DNA from: a virus
Reading direction: 5' to 3' (one strand)
IMG/VR virus record: IMGVR_UViG_3300003177_000010
Coordinates: 32,001-96,000 of that record
DNA: 64,000 nt
Shown here: positions 1 through 8,515 of the stretch, one piece after another
Position numbering within the stretch: position 1 is the stretch's first letter
Layout: every line of letters begins with the position of its first letter
Notes under the pieces: model-generated
Database searches by the model: none
What the model was told of the DNA's origin: nothing
Seen by the model: only the letters and a program-made list of their open reading frames with translations
Made by a program: the position numbers and the translations under genes

Positions 1-162
1 TTTATGGGAGAGATTTTTCTGACCAAGACGTTCCGCCTTTTGAATTTCTTTACCAAGAAATGCCATATTATCTTCAAGCTTTTTATATTCCATTTTGTTG
101 ATTTTAGTTTTCAACTCAGCGAAATAATCCTTTGGCTCTGTAATATTATCATCTTCTATCAT
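1..162 (-). CDS. Hypothetical protein, truncated by window edge (MIEDDNITEPKDYFAELK...)
   Basis: ATG at 162-160 preceded by an AGGAGAG SD; frame open to the window edge. Confidence 0.6.
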   Translation of the reverse strand, partial: MIEDDNITEPKDYFAELKTKINKMEYKKLEDNMAFLGKEIQKAERLGQKNLSHK

Positions 163-203
163 GTTATCTCTCCTGTTAACTATAGAATAATAATTATAAT
201 AAA

Positions 204-530
204 GTAGACCCGTTTGGTAATACGGTGGAGTCTATACCGCAAAAAGGATTAGGCAACTAGTGCATAATCTTTAGGTGCTATGTTATCGTTTGCATTTACG
301 AGTTTTGAGCCGATGTGGTGTGCTCATCCAGTAATCTCCACTTTATCCCCAATGTCATTCGATCCTATTTCGACCCCATTATAAGTATATCAGTTTCAGG
401 GTTCGAACCCTCTTACGGCCTAAATAAACTGTTATAATCACCAATGGCCACTGTACACTCAGTGTCAATATACTTATGGTGGAGTCGCTGGGTACTGCCC
501 CCAGGTCATGTCCATTTTTGTATTGTTTCA
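204..530 (-). ncRNA. ssrA: Circularly permuted (two-piece) tmRNA; outer ends approximate
   Basis: Acceptor piece GACCTGGGGGCAGTACCCAGCGACTCCACCA (507-477) lies upstream of the coding piece starting GGGGTCGAAATAGGATCG (377). Stem GGGGTCG/CGACTCC has G3:U70. Tag frame 293-249 reads ANDNIAPKDYALVA*. Confidence 0.93.
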
Positions 531-776
531 TCAATTACTAGGTGTCTTTAAGGCGCATCCCATTCCTATTAATTTCGTCTTTATACTAAACCGGAGAACC
601 GGCCTCAGAATAACTAACTCCGAATCTTCACCCTATGAAGGTGATGTAATTTCACATCTCTAACAATGTCAGTCATTAGATTAGTAGGTGGCACTAGTTA
701 GATAGTATAGCTACCTACTAATTAAGTAAGAACAAGTGCAAAGGCACCTTCGTGGGCTAAGCCTAATAATTCTTAC

Positions 777-1250
777 TTAAAAATCTTCATAGTACAATAT
801 AGGTTTATTAAAAGCATCCATATATTGCTTCATAACATCAGATAAATCTTCATCTTCAGTAGCTACTGGCGCTACTGGCTCTTCTGTACAAGCTGTAGGA
901 ATACCTCCTACAGAATATACTTCGTGTATACCTGTTTGATATTCTCCGTCACCTAATGATTTAGTAACACGGCGATAAGACCAAGTAGGCTCATGATGCT
1001 TTACAGTACCTTTACTAATGGTAAATAAAGTTCTACCTTCGTTATTTAAAATTACATAGCCGCCTGTTTTATTATAATGAATTACTCCATCAATATTACA
1101 AGTATTAGCATCAGTACTGGTTATGCCTACTACTTCATTATTAAGTAAAGCACCGAAAGTACATGTAACACTTCGATATTTCTCCTGTATAGTAATAGTG
1201 CAGTCAGTATAATTTACTACTTCTATACATTTACCTAATAGACTTCTCAT
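777..1250 (-). CDS. Hypothetical protein
   Basis: 157-aa ORF, overlaps the stop of the upstream ORF. Confidence 0.6.
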   Translation of the reverse strand: MRSLLGKCIEVVNYTDCTITIQEKYRSVTCTFGALLNNEVVGITSTDANTCNIDGVIHYNKTGGYVILNNEGRTLFTISKGTVKHHEPTWSYRRVTKSLGDGEYQTGIHEVYSVGGIPTACTEEPVAPVATEDEDLSDVMKQYMDAFNKPILYYEDF

Positions 1251-1540
1251 TTTGTTTTCCTGTATTTAGGTTCAATTTTTTCGTAAGTTTTGGGAAAAAA
1301 GCGTGTATAAGACTCTTTTGTAGTTACTTGTAAAAGACCTTGCTCATCGCATAATGTACATGGTTCTTTATAGGTCTCTGTTTGAAAATCATGATAATTA
1401 ATTACCTTTTCTTTTTCAATAAAACCTATACCGCCACAGTTATTACACAACTTATCCTCTACAGTAGTACGTATATATACAGATATATCACCATATAGAC
1501 CTATAATATATTCGTCTGCTGGTAGCTCTTTTACAACCAT
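1247..1540 (-). CDS. Small protein with DnaJ-type zinc-finger motifs
   Basis: CNNCGGIG and CTLCDEQG. Confidence 0.6.
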   Translation of the reverse strand: MVVKELPADEYIIGLYGDISVYIRTTVEDKLCNNCGGIGFIEKEKVINYHDFQTETYKEPCTLCDEQGLLQVTTKESYTRFFPKTYEKIEPKYRKTK

Positions 1541-1616
1541 TATATTCCTTTCTTAAGAGTAATATAGATATTATTCCATTATTGGCACTCTATTTTATTT
1601 TGTTCTACGCACTAAT

Positions 1617-1692
1617 TGGTTGCGGGAGTAGGACTCGAACCTACGACCTCTTGGTTATGAGCCAAGCTAGCTGCCGCTGCTAACATCCCGCA
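1617..1692 (-). tRNA. tRNA-Met(CAT), initiator-like
   Basis: TGCGGGA/TCCCGCA-A-CCA; anticodon arm CTTGG-CTCATAA-CCAAG; T-loop TTCGAGT. Confidence 0.9.
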
Positions 1693-1710
1693 TTAATTTC
1701 TTTATACTCC

Positions 1711-1756
1711 AATGTAATACTAAAATAAGCGTTAGGCAATTTTAAACTTCGTTTAA
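1711..1756 (-). promoter_or_regulatory. Sigma70-like promoter with upstream TTAAACGAAGTTTAA box
   Basis: TTGCCT-17 nt-TACATT directly upstream of tRNA-Met; box at 1742-1756. Confidence 0.65.
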
Positions 1757-1869
1757 TAAGTACTTCAGCTATAAATAAGCCCTACTACAAAGTCATTTTA
1801 GTGACAGCTCACGTCATCCATATATAGCACCTGCAGACACTATGTACATTTTGTAGTAGGACTTAACTT

Positions 1870-1954
1870 TGGTGGAAGAGTGTCGAGTCGAACGACACGC
1901 TATTACACTCCGGTTTTACAGACCTTCTGCGGATACCCTCCGCTGAACTCTTCC
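1870..1954 (-). tRNA. tRNA-Tyr(GTA), atypical D-arm and anticodon stem
   Basis: GGAAGAG/CTCTTCC-A-CCA; loop CTGTAAA; long variable region; T-arm GTGTCG-TTCGACT-CGACAC. Confidence 0.8.
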
Positions 1955-2205
1955 ATTATTTCTTATAGGATAAAGGACGTTACTTCCTTTTGACTCTCCT
2001 TTACGCTATTCAACGAAGTTGAATAATAACACGTCTATAAGCCTGCCACGGAGATCTCTTATAGTTGGCGGTCACTTAACTCTAAGTAAGTAATCCTATA
2101 AAAATAAGCAGTTATCACTCTACTCGTAAATACTACTAAAAAATAATAAATCTTGTAGTAACTGCTCCGATATACTGTAGATTTTTTTGATCGGTTTATG
2201 ACTGT

Positions 2206-2403
2206 CTACGAACCGGAAGTCATTTTTAGTATATCGTTTAATTGTTCTTTACTATGTATAGCTGCTTGAATTGCTATATCAAAATCTTTAGCATTTTTAG
2301 TATTACATAAGCAATAAAAAACTACGTTTTTATGTAACCCGCTGGAAATAGCATTTCCTAAGGCAGAAGCCATAATGTCATAATCAGAAATATCTTTATA
2401 CAT
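2206..2403 (-). CDS. Hypothetical protein
   Basis: ORF coupled to 2396-2671. Confidence 0.5.
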   Translation of the reverse strand: MYKDISDYDIMASALGNAISSGLHKNVVFYCLCNTKNAKDFDIAIQAAIHSKEQLNDILKMTSGS

Positions 2404-2671
2404 ATTGATACTTAATAGTGCTTAGGACTAATATACGTAGAATTATTTGCTGTAATTCTAAAGGAAAGTCAGCTGGTTTACCCTCTAAATAATTAATAAT
2501 CCTTGTTACAGACTTCTCATACCTTAATAATTCTTTTCTCTTTTTTCTATCTTCACATTTCTGAGAGCTACTCGCAAAATACTTTCTTTGCTCTTTGAAA
2601 TACGCAATATCTGTGTAGCTATAGCTACTAGCTAAATCCATTCTTAGTACTTTAGGTATATTATAGCGCAT
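2396..2671 (-). CDS. Hypothetical protein
   Basis: 91-aa ORF in a run of coupled ORFs. Confidence 0.5.
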   Translation of the reverse strand: MRYNIPKVLRMDLASSYSYTDIAYFKEQRKYFASSSQKCEDRKKRKELLRYEKSVTRIINYLEGKPADFPLELQQIILRILVLSTIKYQYV

Positions 2672-2832
2672 TATTTAATAATCTCTGCTGCGATACATAC
2701 ACCTCTAACTTGTGTTGGCTCTAACTGTGTGAGAGCTGCTTGACACGCTTCAAAGCTGTCTAGTTTCACTGTAGTTATTCCGTTATGGGATATAAATAAC
2801 ACCAGAATATAAGCACCTGCAGTATTAATCAT
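2671..2832 (-). CDS. Small hypothetical protein with hydrophobic N-terminus (MINTAGAYILVLFISHNG...)
   Basis: Translated by eye; TAATG coupling to the next ORF. Confidence 0.45.
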   Translation of the reverse strand: MINTAGAYILVLFISHNGITTVKLDSFEACQAALTQLEPTQVRGVCIAAEIIK

Positions 2833-2947
2833 TATGTTTCTTCTAAAAAATTAAATGCCTGAGAACCTCTTCATCTCTCACATTGTTCTGTAATTAAATA
2901 GCTATCAGGTAAGCACTATAAACCACTAAATTTATACTTGTATTATG

Positions 2948-3023
2948 TGGCGAAACTGAAGGGGATTGAACCCTCGACCTCCTACGTGACAGGCAGGCGC
3001 TCTAACCACTGAGCTACAGTTCC
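2948..3023 (-). tRNA. tRNA-Asp(GTC)
   Basis: Canonical cloverleaf, loop CTGTCAC, G73-CCA. Confidence 0.95.
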
Positions 3024-3114
3024 AAAAAATTGCTACAGCAGATGTTAATTAGGGCCACCTTACGAATTTGAACCACGAAACATTCCACTCATTTTGCTCT
3101 ACTCGATAATTAGT

Positions 3115-3192
3115 TGGTCCTGCCGACGAGATTCGAACTCGCATTGGTCTCATTGAAAGTGAGGGTTCCTAGTCCAATTAGAAGACGGCAGG
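3115..3192 (-). tRNA. tRNA-Glu(TTC)
   Basis: CCTGCCG/CGGCAGG-A-CCA, loop CTTTCAA. Confidence 0.9.
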
Positions 3193-3650
3193 ATATACTT
3201 ATGCTAGCTAGACACATATTTAACTAGTAATTTCTTACTGCTACAGGCATTAGGTAGTTGACACGGAGTGTCACGGCGCAACATTTAAGGGTATCCATAT
3301 ACACAAACAGAAGTATTATCGAGAGTGAGAATTGAGCCTAATATCTCTGTACTGTTATTAGGCCAATCCGCACAACGCATTAATTCATAGGCTATTACTT
3401 ATAAAAGCTGCTGTATACAAATTTAAAGCATTGCTGCTACCTAATTTTTACCTTTAAACTATTACTCTCCAATAATAGTGCTAACGTACTTAGTTAAAGT
3501 AGTAATTAGGCGCTGTTATTCCTTATACAGTAGGATTGAGTATTCTTTATCTTTACAGCTTATATCGGTTCAGGGGATACTATCCTAATAGCTACGTATA
3601 ACTAAAAGCATAAAGAAATGAGTATCTTCATTTAATTACGACCTGAATGT

Positions 3651-3727
<77 letters not shown>

Positions 3728-4005
3728 AATGAGTTAGGTTCTACTGCGAGACAGCGACTTAGCCAAACCTACGCGTTTGGTTCCATGAATTCGTATAGCT
3801 ACTATAATTTCTAGAGTTAGTAGCTATTTGAGGTATTGAATAGTTAATCCTGTAGTGTATACCGCACACTTTTATATTTAATTATTAAGGTTCAATAAAC
3901 ATAATAAACAAACCTACGATCACTCCCGCAATAGAGATTATATGATATAGTTCACATAACAAAACTATGTACCGTATTGAGTAACTATCTCAATTTAGTA
4001 TATTT

Positions 4006-4082
4006 TGGTAGTCCCACCTGGACTCGAACCAGGACTCAAAGCGTTATGAGCGCCCTACTTTAACCGATTAAGCTATGGGACC
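4006..4082 (-). tRNA. tRNA(CAT), probably Ile2 (lysidine, reads AUA)
   Basis: GGTCCCA acceptor with C4:G69 and C5:G68 TilS determinants; loop CTCATAA; tilS nearby. Confidence 0.85.
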
Positions 4083-4407
4083 AAAGAATAGGCTAGTAGT
4101 AATGAATATTCCCTACTAAGTTTCCTGCGGTCGGAGATTTGTATAATTTAGACCGCAACCATTAATTTGGAATAGCATGAGATTGATTAATTCTCTTATA
4201 CAGGAACGCTATTAATGCCTAGATAAGTATGTATGGAACACCTAACTTCTCCCTCTGTATACAATGCTCTACAGTTAGCAAATTTATTATCTCAGTTTAT
4301 TCTGCGTCTGGTTCCTACGAGTTAATCATTCTCGCCTCCCAAATCCCTCTTTATAACCCATTATAATATAAAAATAGGCTATAAACAAGAATAAACTTCG
4401 TTTAAAA

Positions 4408-4489
4408 TGGTAGAAGGCATAACCGACCCTATAAGGTTATCCGGTTTTCGTAGAGTTAGTCATACATCACTGAAATGACTTGCCTTCTA
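4408..4489 (-). ncRNA. CCA-terminated tRNA-like RNA without a canonical T-loop
   Basis: TAGAAGGCA/TGCCTTCTA closing stem followed by CCA; internal hairpins AGTCAT/ATGACT and ATAACC/GGTTAT; promoter at 4531-4559. Confidence 0.45.
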
Positions 4490-4530
4490 TTAAAAAATTT
4501 ATTTTGTTAAATAACTTTTCTTTATAATCC

Positions 4531-4830
4531 AATATAACGCAAAAATAAGCGTTAAGCAAGTTTAAATTTCGTTCAAAATATGATCTGTACCAGATTAAAT
4601 TGAACTTTATTAGCGAGAGTAAGATTCGATACTTACATTCTGAGTAGTCTCAGGCTTAACTTAGGGGATCTCGCTAATAACTATCGAAAGTAAGAATCGA
4701 GCTTACATTGCCTATAACAATTCATTCATCTGATTTCGATATAACTAATATAACATTTAAAAAAGCGTTTAGCAATTTTAAACTTCGTTTAAAATATGAA
4801 CTGTACCAGTTTAAATTAAACTTCGTTTAA
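4531..4830 (-). repeat. Imperfect ~76-bp direct repeat of a promoter cassette (4531-4607 and 4748-4823)
   Basis: Both copies carry TTGCT(T/A)-17-TATATT, an AAACGAAGTTT-like box and a CTG-GTA-CAG palindrome. Confidence 0.8.
4607..4741 (-). ncRNA. Two tandem mini tRNA-like RNAs (4607-4680, 4682-4741)
   Basis: 12-bp and 8-bp terminal stems, each with a GTAAG-(TCGA loop)-CTTAC T-arm next to the 3' strand. Confidence 0.45.
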
Positions 4831-5409
4831 AATCTTCTTTCTAACAACTTTATGTAATCCAGGATTTACTAGTAAGGCTCTAGGAAGAATTTCATGTCTA
4901 ATAAAATTACGCATATACTTAGTATCTTGATTAGATTTATCTTCTACCCAATTTACGTCGCGTTTATTGCACCAACGAATAAACTCTTCTTTTTTATTAA
5001 GTCTAAAAGGTCTAATAACATTCCTATTAGCATAAGGAATGATATTCCCTTTTCCGTGTAGGCTGCTAAAAAGCCATTGCTCTACACAATCATCTAAATG
5101 GTGTCCAGTAATTACTGGAGTATCAAAACTATGAAAAATAGAATATCTCTCATTTCTCCAATGCTCCTCTTGGCTTACTCCGATAGGAACTGTAGTATTG
5201 ATGCTAAAGACGTGTAAAGCAAGGTCGTTATTTTCAGCGTAAGTGGTGACAAACGTTTCTGCAATAGAACTTGTTTCGGTCCCATGATTTATAAATACTA
5301 AATTAACAGTATGATTATTCTTAAGAAAATCTACAATAGCTACACTATCTACACCGCCGCTAAATGCGACAGTTACTTCTCTTGGTAATTTCCCTTGAAT
5401 AGCAATCAT
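4816..5409 (-). CDS. tilS: tRNA(Ile)-lysidine synthetase, catalytic domain only
   Basis: SGGVDS PP-loop, TGHHLDD, IRP, EDKSN..Y.RN.IRH motifs. Confidence 0.9.
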   Translation of the reverse strand: MIAIQGKLPREVTVAFSGGVDSVAIVDFLKNNHTVNLVFINHGTETSSIAETFVTTYAENNDLALHVFSINTTVPIGVSQEEHWRNERYSIFHSFDTPVITGHHLDDCVEQWLFSSLHGKGNIIPYANRNVIRPFRLNKKEEFIRWCNKRDVNWVEDKSNQDTKYMRNFIRHEILPRALLVNPGLHKVVRKKILNEV

Positions 5410-5467
5410 TGTTTCTTCCTCTCTATAATTAAATATACATTATAAAAAAGAATTAAGCAACTATATT

Positions 5468-6049
5468 TTAAAAAGCACAGGCATATAAAAGATCTAAAGA
5501 TTCTTTTTCTTTTTGTACTGTTTCTATAGACTTAATGGGTATATTAAACTCATTATAACCAAGTTTAGCTACATCTATATCAAAAAATTTTAAGGCTTTT
5601 ACATAATCATTATATACCATCCCATTTACTAGGTCTACCTCAATGTGCTTAATATTATAGTTAGTATCTAATAAAGCACAAAGAGGTAAGTCATCAATTA
5701 TTAAAAATTTATCATCTTCTTCGGCATTATCCTCTATCCACCACAGTATTTCATGTGATCTTTTTGAGGATTTACTTTTAGGTGTTAATGCTACACGCGC
5801 ATAATCAAAACGTAGTCCACATTTATATAGTAAATCTTTTAGTTTTTTCTCTTCTAAAAACCAAGACCAGTTAGTAGAAAGTACAATTTTAGCATCTGCA
5901 TAATCAGCAATTAGATTATGTAAACGAACTGCAAAAGGGTCAAAAGTAGGTAAACCTTTTTTAGTTTTATGGAATTTATAGTTTTCTTGTAAAAAATTCA
6001 ATTTAGCAGGTAACAGAGGCCCGTCAATATCTACAAATATATAATTCAT
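5468..6049 (-). CDS. HAD-domain protein of the 'Swiss Army Knife' RNA-repair type
   Basis: FVDIDGPL, IVLSTNW, R..EI..W, IIDD motifs. Confidence 0.75.
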   Translation of the reverse strand: MNYIFVDIDGPLLPAKLNFLQENYKFHKTKKGLPTFDPFAVRLHNLIADYADAKIVLSTNWSWFLEEKKLKDLLYKCGLRFDYARVALTPKSKSSKRSHEILWWIEDNAEEDDKFLIIDDLPLCALLDTNYNIKHIEVDLVNGMVYNDYVKALKFFDIDVAKLGYNEFNIPIKSIETVQKEKESLDLLYACAF

Positions 6050-6050
6050 T

Positions 6051-6506
6051 TTAATTCCTCAAAAAAGTTAAAGCTTCAAGATAGTTATTATAAGACAGAC
6101 CGTCTATTAAGTCTGCTTTTATATTTTTAATGTTACTTTGTGGGAAATTCAGTAGTAAATCATCAATTACTAGAATTTTGTCTTCTGAGGTACAGTTAAC
6201 ATCTATCCACTGTTGTATTTCCTTAACTCTATTACCTACTTTATTAGTAACAGAGCTACTAGCGTAAGTAAAATTAAAGCCGCAATTATATAGTATATTT
6301 TTTATCTCATATTCAGAAAAGTAATTAGTCCAATTTGTTGCTAATATTATCTTAGCTTTTTATGCTAGTTTATTATAAGCAAAAACTGCAAAAGGGTCAA
6401 ATGTAGGTAAACCTTTTTTAGTCTTGCGATACTTATAATTGTTACCTAGCCTACTAAATTTAACAGGCAATAACGGGCCATCAATATCTACAAATACATA
6501 GTTCAT
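6051..6506 (-). pseudogene. Tandem paralog of the HAD gene with a single in-frame TAA at codon 49
   Basis: MNYVFVDIDGPLLP...KTKKGLPTFDPFAV...LA*KAKIILATNW...ILVIDDL; stop at 6362-6360, frame otherwise intact. Confidence 0.85.
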
Positions 6507-6796
6507 CTTAAGCTTTTATAAAATTTTGAAGTTTCTTCATAAGCGCTTTCACATTCTGTGCAAGGCTCTCCGTTTATTTCCCCATACCCACCATTACAAG
6601 TATTATTACCACATTTCCAACATATATGCATATAACGGTCACAATGTTTACAAAAGGTTAATTTATGCTTCTTATCTTTTGGTGCTATATGGTTACTAGT
6701 ATTGTAAGAAAAATCTAGAGTAGATATATCATAATCCCTAACTAACCTATAATAAATGCTCGGGACAGTGCTTTTTCCAATGTTATATTTCTGCAT
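6503..6796 (-). CDS. Cys-rich zinc-finger hypothetical protein
   Basis: CKHC, CWKC, CNGG, CTEC. Confidence 0.6.
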   Translation of the reverse strand: MQKYNIGKSTVPSIYYRLVRDYDISTLDFSYNTSNHIAPKDKKHKLTFCKHCDRYMHICWKCGNNTCNGGYGEINGEPCTECESAYEETSKFYKSLR

Positions 6797-6940
6797 ATAC
6801 TATCTCTACAACTTTTTCGTAGTCGTTATAATCTGGCTTATCTAAGTGAAATTCTGGTATATAATTACTCATGTCTGTTCCCCAGTCTATTTTAGGGTAG
6901 CAAAGGTAAGCTTTTTTTTAACATAGTTAAATATCCTTAT

Positions 6941-7015
6941 TGGTGCTCCAGTCAGGAATCAAACCTGCTTCTCCGACTTACAAGATCGGGCATCATTCTT
7001 AAATGTTTCAAGAGC
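6941..7015 (-). tRNA. tRNA-Thr(TGT)
   Basis: CCGAT-CTTGTAA-GTCGG; A-CCA end; T-loop TTTGATT. Confidence 0.85.
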
Positions 7016-7019
7016 GTTG

Positions 7020-7436
7020 TTAGGTATATAGCGCTACAGCATATTCTATTTTATTGAAGGTGTTAAGTTTAGCTAAAGTATCTTCTATAAACCATTTATC
7101 TGCTATTTCGTCAAAAAATACTGCATTAATTTTACCTTTTGGTATTGTATAGCCTCTTTTTTCCCTACCTACCATTACTACTTTATCGTGTAAAATAGGC
7201 GTAAAGTTTTTATTATACTTTGAGTATATAATAGGATATTTCTCAGTACAAGCTAAGGCGTTAATTAGGTAACTTTTTCCTACTTGTCTAGGTGTTTTCA
7301 TTATTAAAGTTTTATACTCTAATAAATAGCTATAACGTGATAGATATTCAGGGTTATCACGTAATTTACTATTTTTCATTTCCTCTATTAAAGCAAACAT
7401 ATATACTTGAAATTTATTATCCATTAAGTACCTCAT
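7020..7436 (-). CDS. Small P-loop NTPase resembling a terminase ATPase subdomain
   Basis: TPRQVGKS Walker A, VFFDE Walker B; start moved to 7436 because the longer ORF overlaps tRNA-Gln. Confidence 0.6.
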   Translation of the reverse strand: MRYLMDNKFQVYMFALIEEMKNSKLRDNPEYLSRYSYLLEYKTLIMKTPRQVGKSYLINALACTEKYPIIYSKYNKNFTPILHDKVVMVGREKRGYTIPKGKINAVFFDEIADKWFIEDTLAKLNTFNKIEYAVALYT

Positions 7437-7438
7437 GC

Positions 7439-7513
7439 TGGTTGGAGAGGCAGGATTCGAACCTACGATCTTCTGAATCAAAGTCAGACGTCCTACCACT
7501 AGACCACTCTCCA
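7439..7513 (-). tRNA. tRNA-Gln(TTG)
   Basis: TGGAGAG/CTCTCCA-A-CCA, loop CTTTGAT. Confidence 0.93.
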
Positions 7514-7821
7514 AAAATTATTGGTAAGGGTACCATTCCACCACACCCTCAATAATTAATTGTTATTACTACCGAATAGAGTAGTCTGTTTAAATTTCTT
7601 CAAACCTACTTTATTAATTGTTTTTAGAAAAGCTTTATATAGTGCTTGTTGCATAATTATATTCCTATAAATAAAAATTGCTATGATTTATTAGATACAT
7701 AGCCTTAGTAACTTACAAACAGCAACCACGCTGTAAAATTACTAATTTGACCGGAGGCATAACTTTTAGCACGAAAGCACTGGTAATACTTTCTATAGTC
7801 AGTGGGCTTTACCGGAAGACC

Positions 7822-7903
7822 TGGCATAAGCGCGAGGAATCGAACCCCTTGCCAATACGTTTGGAAGGTAGCACCTATCCAGTAGATATTAGGCTGCGCT
7901 TAT
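7822..7903 (-). tRNA. tRNA-Gly(TCC)-like, atypical
   Basis: ATAAGCG/CGCTTAT-G-CCA, CTTCCAA loop in a bulged stem, T-loop TTCGATT. Confidence 0.6.
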
Positions 7904-7908
7904 ATAAT

Positions 7909-7983
7909 TGGTGCTTATGGGTAGAATCGAACTACCTACTCGGGGGCCTTCAACTCCCAGCTCTACCAATGAGCTACATAAGC
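7909..7983 (-). tRNA. tRNA-Phe(GAA)
   Basis: Cloverleaf, loop TTGAAGG, A-CCA. Confidence 0.9.
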
Positions 7984-8095
7984 AAAATAACTACAACTGA
8001 TTACAGACTTTTACTGCTTTCTACATACTAACCAGACAGCAGATAGTATAAGTTTTCTAAATAAACAAAAGGTACTAGTTCTTTTGTTTATTTCT

Positions 8096-8170
8096 TGGCT
8101 CCCTAGAAAGGATTCGAACCTTTGATATACTAATTAACAATCAGTTGCCTTACCACTTGGCTACTAGGGA
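8096..8170 (-). tRNA. tRNA-Asn(GTT)
   Basis: TCCCTAG/CTAGGGA-G-CCA, loop TTGTTAA. Confidence 0.93.
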
Positions 8171-8221
8171 ATAATTTTATTGCCGAATTATTTGCACTAC
8201 AAGTTAGAGCAATACCTCTGT

Positions 8222-8310
8222 TTTTTAGCAATAGGATTTGCACCTATAAGTCCTGTCACAGACAACCGGATTTTACTCCAGTCACGTATACTAGTTCCGT
8301 CATACTAAAA
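8222..8310 (-). pseudogene. Degenerate tRNA-Leu-like gene
   Basis: Leu-type D region ATGACGGAACTAGTATACG, long variable arm, 6-nt anticodon loop GTAAAA, no CCA. Confidence 0.55.
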
Positions 8311-8359
8311 AATTCATTGGGTGCCTCAGCTTTACGTACGACACACCTACAACAGTTAC

Positions 8360-8435
8360 TGGCATCGGTGCAGGGATTCGAACCCTGGACTCATGGTTTT
8401 GGAGACCACTGCTCTGACCACTGAGCTACACCGAT
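8360..8435 (-). tRNA. tRNA-Trp(CCA)
   Basis: Canonical, loop CTCCAAA, G-CCA. Confidence 0.95.
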
Positions 8436-8439
8436 AAAT

Positions 8440-8515
8440 TGGTCAGAGTGGTGAGACTCGAACTCACGATCTCCGGAATCCAAGTCCGACGACTTACCAA
8501 CTAGCCTACACTCTG
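8440..8515 (-). tRNA. tRNA-Pro(TGG)
   Basis: CAGAGTG/CACTCTG-A-CCA, loop CTTGGAT. Confidence 0.93.

Noticed and set aside
4-207. Plus-strand 67-aa ORF
   Set aside because: Shadow of the minus-strand CDS (1-162), which has a good SD.
1963-2101. RNase P RNA, suggested by GGCTTAT and AGGAGAGTC-like words
   Set aside because: The elements are in the wrong order, P4 cannot be built and the region is too short; kept only as an unknown structured RNA.
4361-4830. CRISPR-like array from the AAACTTCGTTT repeats
   Set aside because: Spacing is irregular, the repeats coincide with promoters, and no cas genes were recognised.
6360-6362. Stop-codon reassignment suggested by the in-frame TAA
   Set aside because: TAA is the normal stop of most genes here, no suppressor tRNA was found, and long genes translate cleanly in code 11.
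7020-7436. True terminase large subunit
   Set aside because: Far too short and has no nuclease domain.
7745-7821. Theta/HDV or twister ribozyme 3' of tRNA-Gly
   Set aside because: I could not build the required pseudoknots by eye; a descriptor search is needed.
7292-8031. Plus-strand ORFs 7292-7555 and 7747-8031, and the 5' extension of 7020-7514
   Set aside because: They overlap tRNA genes; WLERQDSNLR and REESNP are typical tRNA-antisense translations.
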